Shown: positions 36,151 to 49,122 of the stretch, piece by piece
How positions within the stretch are numbered: position 1 is the stretch's first letter
How the letters are laid out: each line of letters begins with the position of its first letter
Assembly (NCBI GenBank): GCA_965153285.1
Contig: OZ229110.1
DNA: 64,000 bases
From: Podarcis tiliguerta
Lineage: Eukaryota
Strand: one strand, 5' to 3'
The notes under the pieces: model-generated
What the model was told of the DNA's origin: nothing
Databases searched by the model: none
Seen by the model: the letters and a program-made list of their open reading frames with translations, nothing else
Program-made: the position numbers and the translations under genes

Positions 36151-37265
36151 AACCTCAGAAAAAAAAGCACTGAGTGTCATCAACATACTAATGGCACCTT
36201 GACTTCAAACTGCTAATGACTGTTCCCAGCAACTTCAAATAGCGTTAAAGAGAAGATGGTGCCCTGAAGCACCCCACAACATAACCAGCAGGGGTCTGAA
36301 AAGCACTCTGGGATCAGGACTCAGTCCCATAGGTAGGAGTGGGACTAGTGGAACACAGTGCCTGCAATTCCCATTCCCTGGAGCTAGTCCACAAACATAA
36401 CTGAAGGTTTTGATTCTCTTCGTAGGATTAATATTTGGCTTCTACAGGAGTTTTAGATCATGAGATTGTAAGAAGAGCTTAGGGGATCAAACCAATGAGT
36501 CATACAGTACAGTGTTTCTGGGTGCACAGACTTTCATAATATATCTCTGTGATGTGTGCTTGGTTCTTTAATGCTTAGTGCATAAAGAGATTTGGTCCTG
36601 AACCAGCTAACATTAATTTTAACAATGCCCCATTGAAATGAATGCGGAAAGCTCACCATGATTAATTTTAGCTGCATTGTGGGAAGTGTCTAAACTCCCT
36701 AAAACTATAGTCAAGGAAAGAACCAGATATTTAAAAGTGTAAATTTTGCAGCTGAAACATGTCACATAAGGACTTAAACCAAAATAAGATGACAAAAGAA
36801 ATAATTTGGGCAAGAGAAATCACAAAGAATGAAAACCAGATTTCCTTTCTAAGTCTGAATTTGCGTTACAAACGCTCATTGTTTGCTCAGATGGACTGGT
36901 GAAACACCTGGCTCTGGTGGGCGATCAGTTTCTCAGGTTTCTCTCCCTAGCAACAAGCCCAGCATGTGCTTTGGCAAACCTGGAAACCCTGTAGGGGTGT
37001 GCTTGTCAATCAGTTGTGAAGAACATGCAAGGAATTGCAAGTGAGAGGATGTGATACAGCATTGGATGCCTGAGTCTGTACAGCGAATGCAAGAAAAGAA
37101 GTGGATATTAGAAAGGGAAAAGAAGGGACCAATACAACAATGCCACACCATGCAGGCTACTTCTGTTGACATCCAGGCCTTTGCTGCTTGGGCATCTCAT
37201 GTGTTCAGGAATGGAGCAGGGCTGAAATGCAAAAGAATTCATTTCAATGCACGCAGGTGGCGCTG

Positions 37266-37622
37266 GGGACGCGGGTGGCGCTGTGGTCTAAACCACTGAG
37301 CCTCTTGGGCCCGCCGATCAGAAGGTCAGCAGTTCAAATCCCCATGACAGGGTGAGCTCCCGTTGCTCAGTCCCAGCTCCTGCCAACCTAGCAGTTTGAA
37401 AGTACATCAAGGTGCAAGTAGATAAATAGGTACCACTCCGGCGGGAAGGAAACAGAGTTTCCGTGTGCTGCTCTGGTTCACCAGAAGCGGCTTAGTCATG
37501 CTGGCCACATGACCTGGAAGTTGTATCCTGGCTCCCTCAGCCAATAAAGTGAGATGAGCGCCGCAACCCCAGAGTCGTCCGCAACGGGACTTAACGGTCA
37601 GGGGTCCCTTTACCTTTACCTT
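37266..37622 (+). mobile_element. Sauria SINE, full length
   Basis: GGGACGCGGGTGGCGCTGTGGTCTAAACCACTGAGCC...GGGGTCCCTTTACCTTTACCTT. Confidence 0.95.
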
Positions 37623-39321
37623 TTTTAATGTGAATTCTAGTCCAAAACATTTGGCGGATCCCAGGTTGTGCAAGGCTACTCTATTGCCTCTAAACTCGGA
37701 GGCTCCATGGCAGAGAAGAGGCATTCTTCAGTGGAGCTGGGGTGGACTGAGACCAGGCAGGATGAACTCTGAGTGGGTGGAGCCAAGGGAAGGTGCGATG
37801 GGCTTGGCCTGGCGCCGTGGGTGTAGCTTAGAACACTTACATTTCTATGAACCTTTTCATTTGTTAGGGTCATTCCTGGAGACCTGGTTAAAATTGCTGT
37901 CCGTGGGAAGTCTTGATTGGCAAACACCCAGAACTCAACAGCAACATTGAAATTATGGAATTCTCTTGCTCTGCGGGCTCATTAGGCTGCAAGTTTCAAG
38001 CAGCTTGTTCAGATGCTTTTGTTCTGCCCAGCTTTTGTTGTTTAGCTACTTTGGGCATTGTTTTACTGACTGCATTCCTTTTAATTCCTTTAAAGTACAT
38101 AACATTGCTCTGTCTGTGTGTATGCATGGAAGACTGAAAGAGCTATGGTTCTAATGTTTTCTGCACTTACAGACAAAATTTTAAAAATGACAGCTGTAAA
38201 TAAAAAGCAACATTGCACCTTAGCAAGCATACAGGTCCTACAGACATGAAGGTCTCAGATTGCAATGTGCATTGTTATTATGCCTGTGATACCATTTTTG
38301 TGCAGTATTCTAAGTGGCTGAAGTATGAACATTACAGCTTCTGGGTTTCCCTTTGTTTTCAGAGTCCTTTACCCCCCTGCCTTAGCAAATCACTTGCAAA
38401 ATGCCTTGGAGAGAAGGATGCCCAGGGCAATTTACATCTTGGTGTGTTTTTTTCCTTGTGTGCATCTCCCCCTGCTTTCTCACTGTGTGTGTTTGCACTC
38501 ACTTTATACCATCTGCGGTGAGGTCATAGGAGCTGGTCAGCTGAGTGCATTTGCAGTAGAAGTGCTGTGTACTCAGGTGCAGCTTGCTCCTCTGAAGTAA
38601 TCACTCAGCCCTTAGCCAAGTCCCTCACTGAGGGGAGCTGCTCTTCTCTTCTATAACACCTTGGCGTTATTCTGTTCTCATGAGGCCAAGTAATAGGCAA
38701 GTCAAAAGTGCACAAACATGGAATGAATTATCTCTGCTAAAGTGTTCAATTATGCCCAGAAATCTCTCTTTCCTTTTAAAGCTATCAAGATTATTTTCCT
38801 TACAGGCAAGGATTTTTCCTAGTTGTTAACGAAATCATACATTAACCCACCAACCCCAAACCATTGAAATCTCCAATCTGCCGATCTTGCTTCATCTCAG
38901 AGAGACCCAATGCAACATTTCTTTAAATTAAAAAGTCATGAGGAGACATCTACAATTCCTTGTGCATTTACAGTCGACTAAACTGCAGAAAGCTTCCAGT
39001 TAGAATCTCCAATCACTGTGTTATGAAAGTGTTAATTAGCTAGCGCTGAGAGCCACCCAGAAAGGCAATTTCAAGAGTCAGGGTGGGAGCTATTTGCTGA
39101 ATGATAACACCACATGGCTGAAATAGTGCTAAGGTTGCATCACTCTTTCCATGATAAATCCCAAGTCCACTTGGACTGAGAGTCTTCAGCAGCCTGAGAA
39201 TGAATGATATTTATTTTCAAATATTGTGTGAAATAGTTGGAGGCCATTTAGAATCCGAGAGCCACCACTGAAATGGTGGGTTCTTTCATTTATTTCTCTG
39301 TGTCCTTTTTAATAAACCTGA

Positions 39322-39360
39322 TTTCTTTCTTTCTTTCTCTTTCTTTCTTTCTTTCTTTCC
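39322..39360. repeat. (TTTC)n microsatellite
   Basis: Direct read. Confidence 0.9.
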
Positions 39361-39764
39361 TCTGAGCCCAACTAATTGCACAGACAGTACACCCTCCAGA
39401 CCTGTAGGGAATCTGTGGCCAGGCCAATGTTCCTGGACCACAACTTCCGAAATCCCTGATCATTGGTCAAGCTGGCCAGGATTGATGAGAAGGTGTCAGG
39501 GGCTGTACAGCAAGACATTCCAAAAGTATCTGCTAAGTGACCATAAGCATTATATTCACACATGCAACCCAATGCAAGCAGAATGCTTCTAGTGTGGTAA
39601 TGAACAAGAGAAGGTGGAGCAGATCTAGTTGTATTAAACCCCCTTAAGTTCAAGAGATGTGGACCCCTTTAGCACAGGAACAATATGTTGAATGCTGATA
39701 CCTCCAAGCATCTGCCACACTATGATTTCTAGCAGAATCATCCTTTGGAAGTGGCAGACCTTGT

Positions 39765-39954
39765 CATAGGAGCCAATTTCTAGGGGTTGAGGTCCCTTTG
39801 CCCCCCCCCAATAAAATATTTGAGGGAGCCAGCCCCCTCCCCAGTTGATGGGCATTGCCATTCAAATGGTGCACATATTCCGTGTCATGTGATTGATTAT
39901 GTGGGGCAGGGCTTACCTGGACCCCCCAATATTTTATTCAAGTTGGCACCCCTG
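39765..39954. mobile_element. hAT MITE
   Basis: TIRs CATAGGAGCCAA and TTGGCACCCCTG; 8-bp TSD gaccttgt/gaccctgt (7/8). Confidence 0.85.
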
Positions 39955-40402
39955 GACCCTGTATTGAACATTGGGAGAGAAAGAATTTGGAGGATATTAT
40001 TCTTTGTAAAGCATGTCACATCCAGTTGGCCCACAGTCCTGCTAAGCAACTCAGACAAGAGCAGGTCAGGACCAGGGAATATTACCAGGGGAACTTTCCC
40101 AAACCTCTTGCTTTTGAATTGCATCTCATTTGAATGAGCTATGTACCAGCAAATGTACACATAGCAAGCCAATAGATAGCCTGCCTTCTGAAAACCTCTA
40201 GGTTCAATCCATTTATGATGCATGTGTCACCTTAAATACTATGCTTCTGTAGCAGAGATATCTAGCTTAGGTAGCACTCAAACCAGAAAATATTTTAGCT
40301 GGAAAAAGCCAACCCATCCCATTGGTACTGTGAGGTGTGGAATATGCTTCTGTGAATGTTTTAAGCACCTGCTTGATGTTTCATGAGTAATGGCATTGAT
40401 TA

Positions 40403-40500
40403 AGGGAAGGGACATAGCTCAGTGGTAGAGCATCTGCATTACACATATAAGGTCCTAGGTTCAATCCCCATCATCTCCTGAAGCCCTGAAGAGTCAATGC
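40403..40500 (+). mobile_element. tRNA(Ala-like)-derived SINE head, truncated
   Basis: ATAGCTCAGTGGTAGAGCATCTGC (A box)...GGTTCAATCCCC (B box), then ccctgaagag..tgcc SINE body; no intact acceptor stem. Confidence 0.75.
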
Positions 40501-41096
40501 CCCTGGGAATATTGCACAACACAAAATTATTTCAGATCATAGAAATCTGCCACTTTAGGCCAGACATCAAACAGCATTGTCTCTTGGTGTAATCCTTGCA
40601 AGAGCTCTGAAGGTGTGTCCACATTGCAGAGCTAAGAGGGAGTGATTTGCCAAAGGCCAGTTTCCTGACAAATTTAAGATTCATGGTGCATAGCCAATGG
40701 TTCTATTAGCCACACTCCAGTTCAATGAAATGGTTGCTGTGGTAGATATGGTGTCCATCTAATATAAGCTATATATAATTATAACTATACAACTTTTTTT
40801 AATTATACAATCTTGGAATTTTTCATTGGTTTCCATGGGCAGCTCTCATTCCCAGCCCCAGGATATATTAAAACAGATTCTCAGTAAGAAGCAGGAAGAG
40901 ACCTATCCAGACAATTGTTCTATCTACCATATATTTGTCTTTGTCCTGCTGTTACACCCAGTCATCAGTTTGTTTATTTTCCTCTTAGCTTCTCAATATT
41001 CTGTGCCACTGAATTATTATGGAGCAGCTTGCAGGGGAATTTTCACTCCGGGGGGGGGTGTAGGGGGTTCCCTGAGGGGGAATTTGTGCTTGAGCC

Positions 41097-41530
41097 TAGG
41101 GATGGTAATTAAATTACATTCAGTTCACATTTAAAGGTGAATCTCCCTTATTTGGACTTTCTGAAACAATATGTGAACTGGAACACGAGCATCCTTCTAA
41201 ATTCACACTTGTGTGTGTTTTGCAATGCAGTTAGCCAGCCTAGTAATGTGCACAAAGTTGCCTATACTGTGGTAAATGTGCACACAATGTATCTAGTAGT
41301 GAAAATAACTTCCAAAAATAGCTTATTTTGGGGAAAATATGCCTTGTGGTAGTGTGTATGCTGGGCAAAGTTGCATACAAAATATTAGGAGAAATTTGCA
41401 CTGGAATGCTGGCAAATTTTCATGAGGACTTTACTCATCATCATCACAAACTGATGTGGAGAACTGAGCTTGTTTGGTGGGGGGATAAGAAACTGAGAGC
41501 AACCAAAATCGACAGACTTAGCCAACCCTA
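41097..41530. mobile_element. hAT(Ac)-like repeat, copy 4
   Basis: Ends TAGGGATGG...CCAACCCTA; antisense to the copies at 28590 and 56885. Confidence 0.7.
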
Positions 41531-43531
41531 CTTGCTTGTACGTCAGAGTTGCCCTGACCGTGCCAATACCTCTCTCCTCTCTTGTGTGGATGGTGCAGTT
41601 TTGCCTAAACAAGCATGAGTTCAGGAAGACTTGAACTGGGCCTGGTATATAGATAAACATGGCAAACATATAGTGTGAATGGCAGAGGCACCGCCCTAAA
41701 AAGTTCGGAGGCCCCATTGAAAAACCCTGATTGGCTATGATTCCCTACTATGCACCCACTACATATTTCAACATGCTTGGCTGCCCATTCATACCTGATG
41801 TAGGAACCACCCATGTAACAGCAAACATCTGTGATGGGCAAAATGAAAACAAAGCCTTCCCTGTTCATGGTTATTTATATATTTATTTAAACTTGTACCC
41901 TGCCCTTCCTGCTAATGGAGCTTAGGGTGGCAAGCGAACAAACAGCAAAATAGTAGAATTAAAAAGTGAAATGAAATCATCTTTAAAACAGTTAAAAACA
42001 TCTATGTACATCAATAACATCTAAGACCATTTTTTAAAAGAAACAAAATAGCCACATATTCCCATAGCTAATAATGCCAATCTTTCCAGGAGCAGTCTCT
42101 TTCAAACATCAAATGCCCAGGTGATAAGGAATGCTCTTAACTTCCTCCTGAACATTAAAAAATGAAGGAGAAAGAGGTGTTCCACAAATGAGGAACCACC
42201 ACAAAGAAGACCCAGTCTTGAACCAGAGCCAACCAGGCAGCAGCCAGCAATATACGCCCATCAGTATATGCTTAATATATGCTCAAAGGGAGACTCCATT
42301 CATCTGGACATCGGTTTTCATCAAGACCCTCAATAGTTTATTCCACAAAACAGCTCAACAAAATCCAAGAACCTTGAGGTGGTGGGGGAGAGGGAATGAT
42401 CTAAGATCAGCCACATTATCCCCCTTGAACCGAAACAGGAATGACTCATGCATTGGAAAAGCAGCTCCTAATTACTTTCAGCACTTCTAGGCTTACCATG
42501 TGGGGCTATAACAATAATGCAAAGAAAAACATGAATGTGAACGCCATGCAATGTGCTGCATCAGCCAGGCCAGATCAGGCGATCTAGTACAGCATCCCAT
42601 CTCCGCTGGGGGTGAAAACTCAATGTTTACAAAGCGCAGGGAATTCTTCCATCTCCACCCATGATATGCAGATGTGGGATAACCTGCTTTCGTGGAGGTC
42701 TTATCTAAATCCCTATTCATTAGAGATTAGCATGCAGTTTTCTGCTTTCCTCTCTCCCCTGGCCTACTAAACTCTAGTATTAGCCTCTCCAGAGGCCCTC
42801 CCCCTCATCATCAATATAAATCTTTAATCCTTCTCTAAGGTTCCCTTCTCCCAAAAAAAGCTTGGACTCTCTCAGAGGCAGGTTGTACTTTAAAGACCCC
42901 CCACTAGCCATGTGTGTGCGCGTGAGTCCATGTGTGTCACAAGCCTGTGTAATCAATGCCCTCCAGCTGTACTTATTTTATAGTCATCCTGATTTCACAT
43001 TATGAATTGAAATTTGAACTTCGTAATGAGGTTTATCTGGCAAGCCATGCACATTTTTGGATGGCCAAATATTACTTTACTAGCGTGCACTGAATATCAA
43101 GACAGTGAAAAACAGCAAAGAGGGGGGAAGTGAGTCAGCGGCATGGTTCTGTGTGAAAAGTGGCCGGGAATGGATGGATGCATGGATATGTCTGCGCATA
43201 TCTTAAGTTAGCCCACTGAAGCTCAAGGCAGGTAACAAAGCAAGAGACCTGCCTGGCTGGATCAGAGTAAAGATTCATCCAATCCAACATTCTGTCTTTG
43301 ACAATGTCCAACACAAACACATCATTAGAAATATAAAATGGATGTGCTTGTTATATTCACATGCTAAAAGGTAATGCTTAGACAATAACTTTGGGCAGTT
43401 ATTAATGCTGTAATGTGATTGGGTTGTGTGTGTATGTGTGGTAATTTGTGGGGGTACCCTCCTACTCCTCCCTTATTTTGTAGATCCAGCGGTGTCCAGC
43501 CAGGTTACCTTAGGACACTCATGTTGTTTGC

Positions 43532-43668
43532 CAGGGTGAGGAATCTGTGACACATCAGATGTTGCTGGACTACAACTCCCATCATCCCTGACCATTGGCC
43601 ATGCTGGTTGCAGCTGATGGGATCTGGAGTCCAACAACATCTGGAGGGCCACAGGTTCACCACCCCAG
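43532..43668. mobile_element. ~140-bp palindromic hAT-like MITE
   Basis: CAGATGTTGCTGGACTACAACTCCCATCA...TGATGGGATCTGGAGTCCAACAACATCTG forms a long internal inverted repeat; related copies at ~21041, ~29280, ~31790, ~39400 and ~46370. Confidence 0.8.
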
Positions 43669-44724
43669 TTCATCCCCAACATCTAATGACACAGCATCTA
43701 TATTGTTTTTAACGTCTGTTGGTTTTATTAGTTTTTTAATGACTAGTTTATAATACTATATGCAAAGAACAAAAAGTTTTCTTTTTTTAAAAAAATTGTG
43801 GTATGTAAATCTCATTGAATAAATGAATTCCTCTGAATATACCTTTCAGCTTTCAGGCCTAAGATACAGGTATCATCTATGAGTTTGTCTAGTACTTTTG
43901 GAAAACCATCTGTAGTAGAATGGCCATCACTCCATCATGTGGCAATCATTATCTTTGAACATCATCATTTATTAAGTACTAACAGGAAAACTAAGGGGTG
44001 TACAAAGGTTTAACACAAGATCTAGCTCTGCCAAAGGCTTTCAAACTAATAAAAGTTAGATTGCCTGTACAGTACTTTGCATGGTATTCTTTTCTCAGAA
44101 GAAAGAGCGGTTCATGGGTCCTTTCCATGCAATTCATCAAAGCATTCTGCAATTGCATTTTAGCTTTTGTGTGAGATTAGACTCAATTTTACATCATATA
44201 GCCAAAGGCTTTGCAAACTCTCATCTACTCATACCACAGATTTAATCGTTTACAAACTAAAATATACATTTTGTGCTGCTTCTTTTTGATGACAAGCAGG
44301 TGTATCTCATCTGCATGTATTTTTGCCTACTTGGGATTTAGTTATTTTGTTCCTTTTCCCTTTTTCAGGAGTGAGGCGACAGTGTTGTTCTACCACCCAT
44401 TTACCTTCCTTTTGTTATTTCTCTATTCTGATGGGCAGTTGCTGTCTGGTCTTTCCGTACCTAAGATTCTATTAACCAGCAATGTGATGGATTGAATATG
44501 AGGCTTCACACCTGCATCTCTTGTGCTCCAACACCTTCCCAAATGGTCTCTGTGTATAGCTCAGCGGAGGAGATAAGGAATACAGAACCTCCATAGTGGT
44601 TCATTAGGGCCTGGAGATCTGAATTAATTGAAAGTAGCTAGGTGTTCTCTTACCACCTCTTTTCCTGCTTTGGGCTGCTGCTCCATCTCTTCAACTCAGC
44701 TTCAGTTTCCTAATATCAGGAAAA

Positions 44725-44878
44725 TAGGAAGTTGCCTTATACCATGTCAGACCATCAGAAGCTTTCTCAGCTTTCAGAAAAGAGCATCTCCTGGTCCTAC
44801 CCGGAGATGGCAGAGATTGAATTTGGGACAATTTGCATGCGAAACCTGTGCACTAGCATTGAGACACAGACCGTCCTA
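44725..44878 (-). mobile_element. tRNA-derived squamate SINE, degenerate
   Basis: ataggaagttgccttataccatgtcagacca...ggagatggcagagattgaatttgggac..tgcatgc; antisense of the family at 40403. Confidence 0.65.
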
Positions 44879-45946
44879 TGTTAGCAAGCATTGACTAGCT
44901 GAATGTGAAGTGTTTGTGGCATATATATGTATGATGAAGGAGATGGTTGTGCTCTCACTCCTCCACTACCAGAAAACTGTCCAAAGAGCAGAGAATGAAG
45001 TCTAGGGATTCACAGCCATCATAGTGTGCGTACGTTTTCCTGCCTCTCCCCTTTCCAAATGTATGGGAACATGAAACTTGAATTTGCAAGGAAGTGAGAA
45101 ATCACCTGGTGTCCTTGAAAGCTGTTTTTTCAATCCCTAACATCCTTTCTCCTCTAACCACCTGCTCCAAAGTCACAAATACATACAAAAAAATGTTGCA
45201 AAAGGAGGACATTAAAAAATCATTTCAGTCTCTTCACAGCCCACATGTGTATACAACATTTTGCCTCCTGTGCTTTGCTGAACTCTGTTTGACAGATTGT
45301 TCAGAATGTCATAAAGTTCTCCCTAAGCTAAGCTGTTCGACATCAGGCAGGGAATACTTCCGCCGTCTCCTGAGCTGCTCACTCTAATGTTCTTCTTTGG
45401 CGGATCACAGGTATGGTGACGTGGAGTGCAGATATTTATATGGCTTGACCTTTAACTTGACCACTCATAGACCAGGGATTAGGCAAGTACATAGAAATCA
45501 TTTATTCCAACTCCTTCTGACGACTGAGGTACTGTTTCTGGGAAACGGTCGGTTCCTTGAAACTTTGGATTAATAGAAGTTGGGAGTGCATTTCCCAGGA
45601 GCTGGCTGGATCACATCCTGCTTGACATCCTATGGAAGTTTGCATGGTTTGCTTCCTTTTGCATGCATAAAGGGGATCTGTCACATCCTTTCCCACCAAC
45701 TGTTGCACCATTGCAAAGGGGGAAAATGAAAATAAGGGGAATAGCACGCATAGATATATTTGGGATATGCATCAGAAAAGGCACAGTGACGTTCTTTAGG
45801 GGAATTTTTAACTTTCCAGAGCAAAGCAGGATCTGTACAAGGTGGCATGAGTCAAAGTTGGGACCGCGGTAAACTTTGTGGTGCCTCTGTGATCAAGACA
45901 TTTTTAAAAAATGCTCCAGACCAGCATCTGTTGAAAGTGAAAAGAA

Positions 45947-46189
45947 TGGCTTGTATACAGTTAAATAAATGTTCTAGTGGAATCACTTCCACTTGCACAG
46001 TGGGACTTTCCCCCTCTCTTCTCCCTGTGAATGTCCCATGTTCTTCCCAGATCTGCTCCAGAGGGTTGGGGGAAAACCCCAGAACAGATTTAGGCAGCAC
46101 ATAGACTGAGGAGGGAGAGTAAGTCCTGTTGTGGAAGCCGACTTCTACTTCTACAATGAGCTAGTAGCACTACTTTGAATACAACCCAA
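45947..46189. mobile_element. Palindromic MITE
   Basis: Ends TGGCTTGTATACA...TGAATACAACCCA; internal arms gggactttccccctc and gagggagagtaagtcct. Confidence 0.55.
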
Positions 46190-46809
46190 TGTCCTTAAGA
46201 TTACCATATTGCCAAAACAGCATGTGGGATGGTGCAGGAAGGAAAATCAAACATCAGAGTGGGGAAAGGGCAGAGGAAGAGCTCTGTTATGACTGACAGG
46301 CCAAGCAAGTAATCAAAGCGAATGACTTTACCCTCCAGGAGGAAACTACAAATTTCAAGCATGAGCAGTGGCCAGGGATTATGGGAGTTGTAGTTCAGCA
46401 AGATCTGGAGAGCCAAATGTTCTCCACACCTGCTTTATAAGTCAAAAACCTACTCCTTCTTCTGACATCCCAGCCACATTTGAGGCACCCTAAACTTTTT
46501 TCTTTTTTCTTCTGCTATTGTAATGAATGGCATTGTTGTTGTAAATTGTTTGTTCTGTTTACTGAAAATGGCAATAAATATGTTTATTTTAAAAACAACA
46601 GTAGCACCTTGAATTGATCCCAGAAACTAATGGGTGGCCAGTGCAGTCAAGCCAGAATTGGTGTAACATGCTTAGATCTTCTAGTCCCAGACAGCAATCT
46701 GGAGTTTCTGAACCATCTTCAAAGGAAGCCTCATGCATAACGTGTTGCAATGAAAACTGTGTTGACAGCCCATCCACCCTTTGGGTTGTTTTTCCTCCTG
46801 TTGATTCAA

Positions 46810-47710
46810 ACTAATCCGTGTCCGAATTACATATTTAAAATGTGGCAAACTTTCAAAAGTAAGTTGAGTCTGGATTTTTCACCATGTACCACAGTTGATT
46901 GTATTAAGGAACTGTCAGATAAATGCCTATTGGAAAATTCACAAATCTGGGAAGAACATAAGTGAGTTGAGTTCAGAAATTTGCTACAAAGAATTTTGAT
47001 TTTAAAAAATGCTATTGGGCTGAAACAGTAGACTTTCATATCCCAATATTTCAGTATCTATAAGTAAGAAGCAGTGACTTTTATTATTGCCAGATATGGC
47101 TCACTCAGAGCCCTCATGGAATTTGAAATGTTATGAACTAAACAACCCATTAAGCAAACCCTGAGTCACTGATGCATTATTGATCTAGATTAAATAAAAC
47201 ACCCATAGCAGAACAGATGAGAGGATGAATTGCATATCAATATGCAAGAGACGAAATGGAACTGGTTCTGGAAACTTCAATATATTAGTCTTTAAGTGGT
47301 ATCTGACACCATGAAAATTAAGTTAAATATATGTTAAGACACATGCTGAAAATGTGGTTCAGATTGTGCTAATCTGAAAGTCCAAAAATCAGAAATTCCT
47401 ATGCTCAAATAGTAAATGAAATTGAAACAATTAGTGAATATGAATTGTTTTTGAACCCTTGAACCATTCTCTTTGAATATATACAGTATGTAGTTCCTCC
47501 TGATGACAGAGAAAAGATTATACACTTATCGGCAGCTGCTCAATTGCCTATTACCAGTAGTTACAAATATTAAAAATAAAGTGAATCCACCATCTATTGA
47601 GGACTGGCTGTTAATGATTTGGGATCTGGCACATATGATTTATCAATACTATAAGAATCAGGGGAGAGGGGTAGACAAAGATCTATTCATATGGAGGTGG
47701 ATAAGGTAGA
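46810..47710 (+). mobile_element. L1-clade LINE ORF2 C-terminal remnant
   Basis: Degenerate motifs ...FKWYLTP..., C*KCG (zinc-knuckle-like) and PPSIEDWLLMIWDLAHM. Confidence 0.6.
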
Positions 47711-47859
47711 GACTGTAATACGGTACTAGGTGTAATCAGAAAAATCTTGCTGTTCTTCCCCTGCCCCTGCTCTCCCCCCCTTCAGCCTCTCCGTGTCTCT
47801 GGAATCCTAACTTATAATGCTAATAACTGGTTCTCTTTTACCTAAATGAATTTTGTTTT

Positions 47860-48030
47860 GGAAATTATATGAACAAGCAAATCTGAATGTGTAATTACTA
47901 TCATTGTTACCATTATTTTGTTAATTATATGGAAAGTTTGGTGAATGAGCAATTCTGAACGTGTAATTACTATCATTATCGCCATTATTTTGTTAATCAT
48001 TACATGGAAAAACTGGCGAATGAGAAATAA
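47860..48030. repeat. 72-bp tandem duplication, ~2.3 copies
   Basis: gcaa(a/t)tctgaa(t/c)gtgtaattactatcatt...ccattattttgttaat occurs at 47877 and again at 47949. Confidence 0.85.
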
Positions 48031-48821
48031 AATAACAGCAACAACAAAAGCAGCAAAAAAACCAACAACCCCTGACCACCACTCTGTGTCCTCCACAATG
48101 CATCGTTCCAGGACTGGTGTTGGAGGATGTGAATGGCAGCCATGACTGCCACCCACCTGAAAAAAGGTGGGCAATATTTGTAGACAATTCTACAGTGCTC
48201 TTCTTTTTACAGGGGTGGGGGACGAACAGCAAGAACAGGAAAAATATCAGAAACGTTTTCAGAAAAAAAATATAATTTGAGAAATTTCAGATTACTGTCA
48301 TGATAAATTTATTGTTTATTTTAATTATGCATGGATATTTTTTTTAAAATAAAGACTGCTTACTGTGTTTGGTGGCAGTGGCAGTTGCAGCTCAGTGTGG
48401 CTGCAGGCAACCCAGGGAGGCCAAAAACTCCCTGAATGCCCAGCTGGCAATGTCATCAGGCTCAGTTGGCTGCAAAGAGTGATGGAACACCTCATCAATT
48501 TGAGTTGGCCAATTATGGCCAGGTTGCAGGGCAGGATTTTGGGGGATGGACCTGGGTCAAGCCTGTCTTCACTCAGATCCATCTCCAAACCATTTAAACC
48601 AGCTTCACTTGCTTCCCCTAACATGATGTGCGTTATATTGAATGTGGGTTCTTGCTGCTTTTGACTTTGCATTTCACAATATTCTACGGATGCCAGTGTA
48701 CAAAATGCTGCATGTATTTATTTATTTTAATCACAATTTTTCTCAGTGAAATGTACAGGAAAGACTCTCACCCCTGCAAGCATGCATTATTTTGAAAAAA
48801 CAAATGATTAAAATGGTTTAT

Positions 48822-49122
48822 TGGAATATACTCAGAGTTGAGTGTTGATTTCATGCTCTTTATTTCAGCTCATGTTCAACAGTGAGTGAGTTTCCCCAAA
48901 AAACCTCTGTCTATATATACATTATTTACACAATGGGTCCCCCGTGATTGGCTGATTCAACTCCCCTCCTGGAGCCTGATTGGGCTGCTCCTGCGGGCCA
49001 ATCAGGTTGCTGATTCACTTCCTCCTGGAGCCTGATTGGGCTGCTCCTGCAGACCAGTCAAGTTGCTGCCTTCTAGGATCCTACCTGCCTATTGTTCTAG
49101 GATCCAAGCTCAGTACATAACA
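48822..49122 (-). mobile_element. Solo LTR (~300 bp)
   Basis: Minus strand reads TGTTATGTACTGAGC...CA with several CCAAT boxes in a ~57-bp internal duplication, then TATATA (~48912) and AATAAA (~48858), in U3-R-U5 order. Confidence 0.75.

Noticed and set aside
40403-40480. Possible tRNA gene
   Set aside because: A and B boxes are present, but the anticodon and acceptor stems are broken and it continues into a SINE body.
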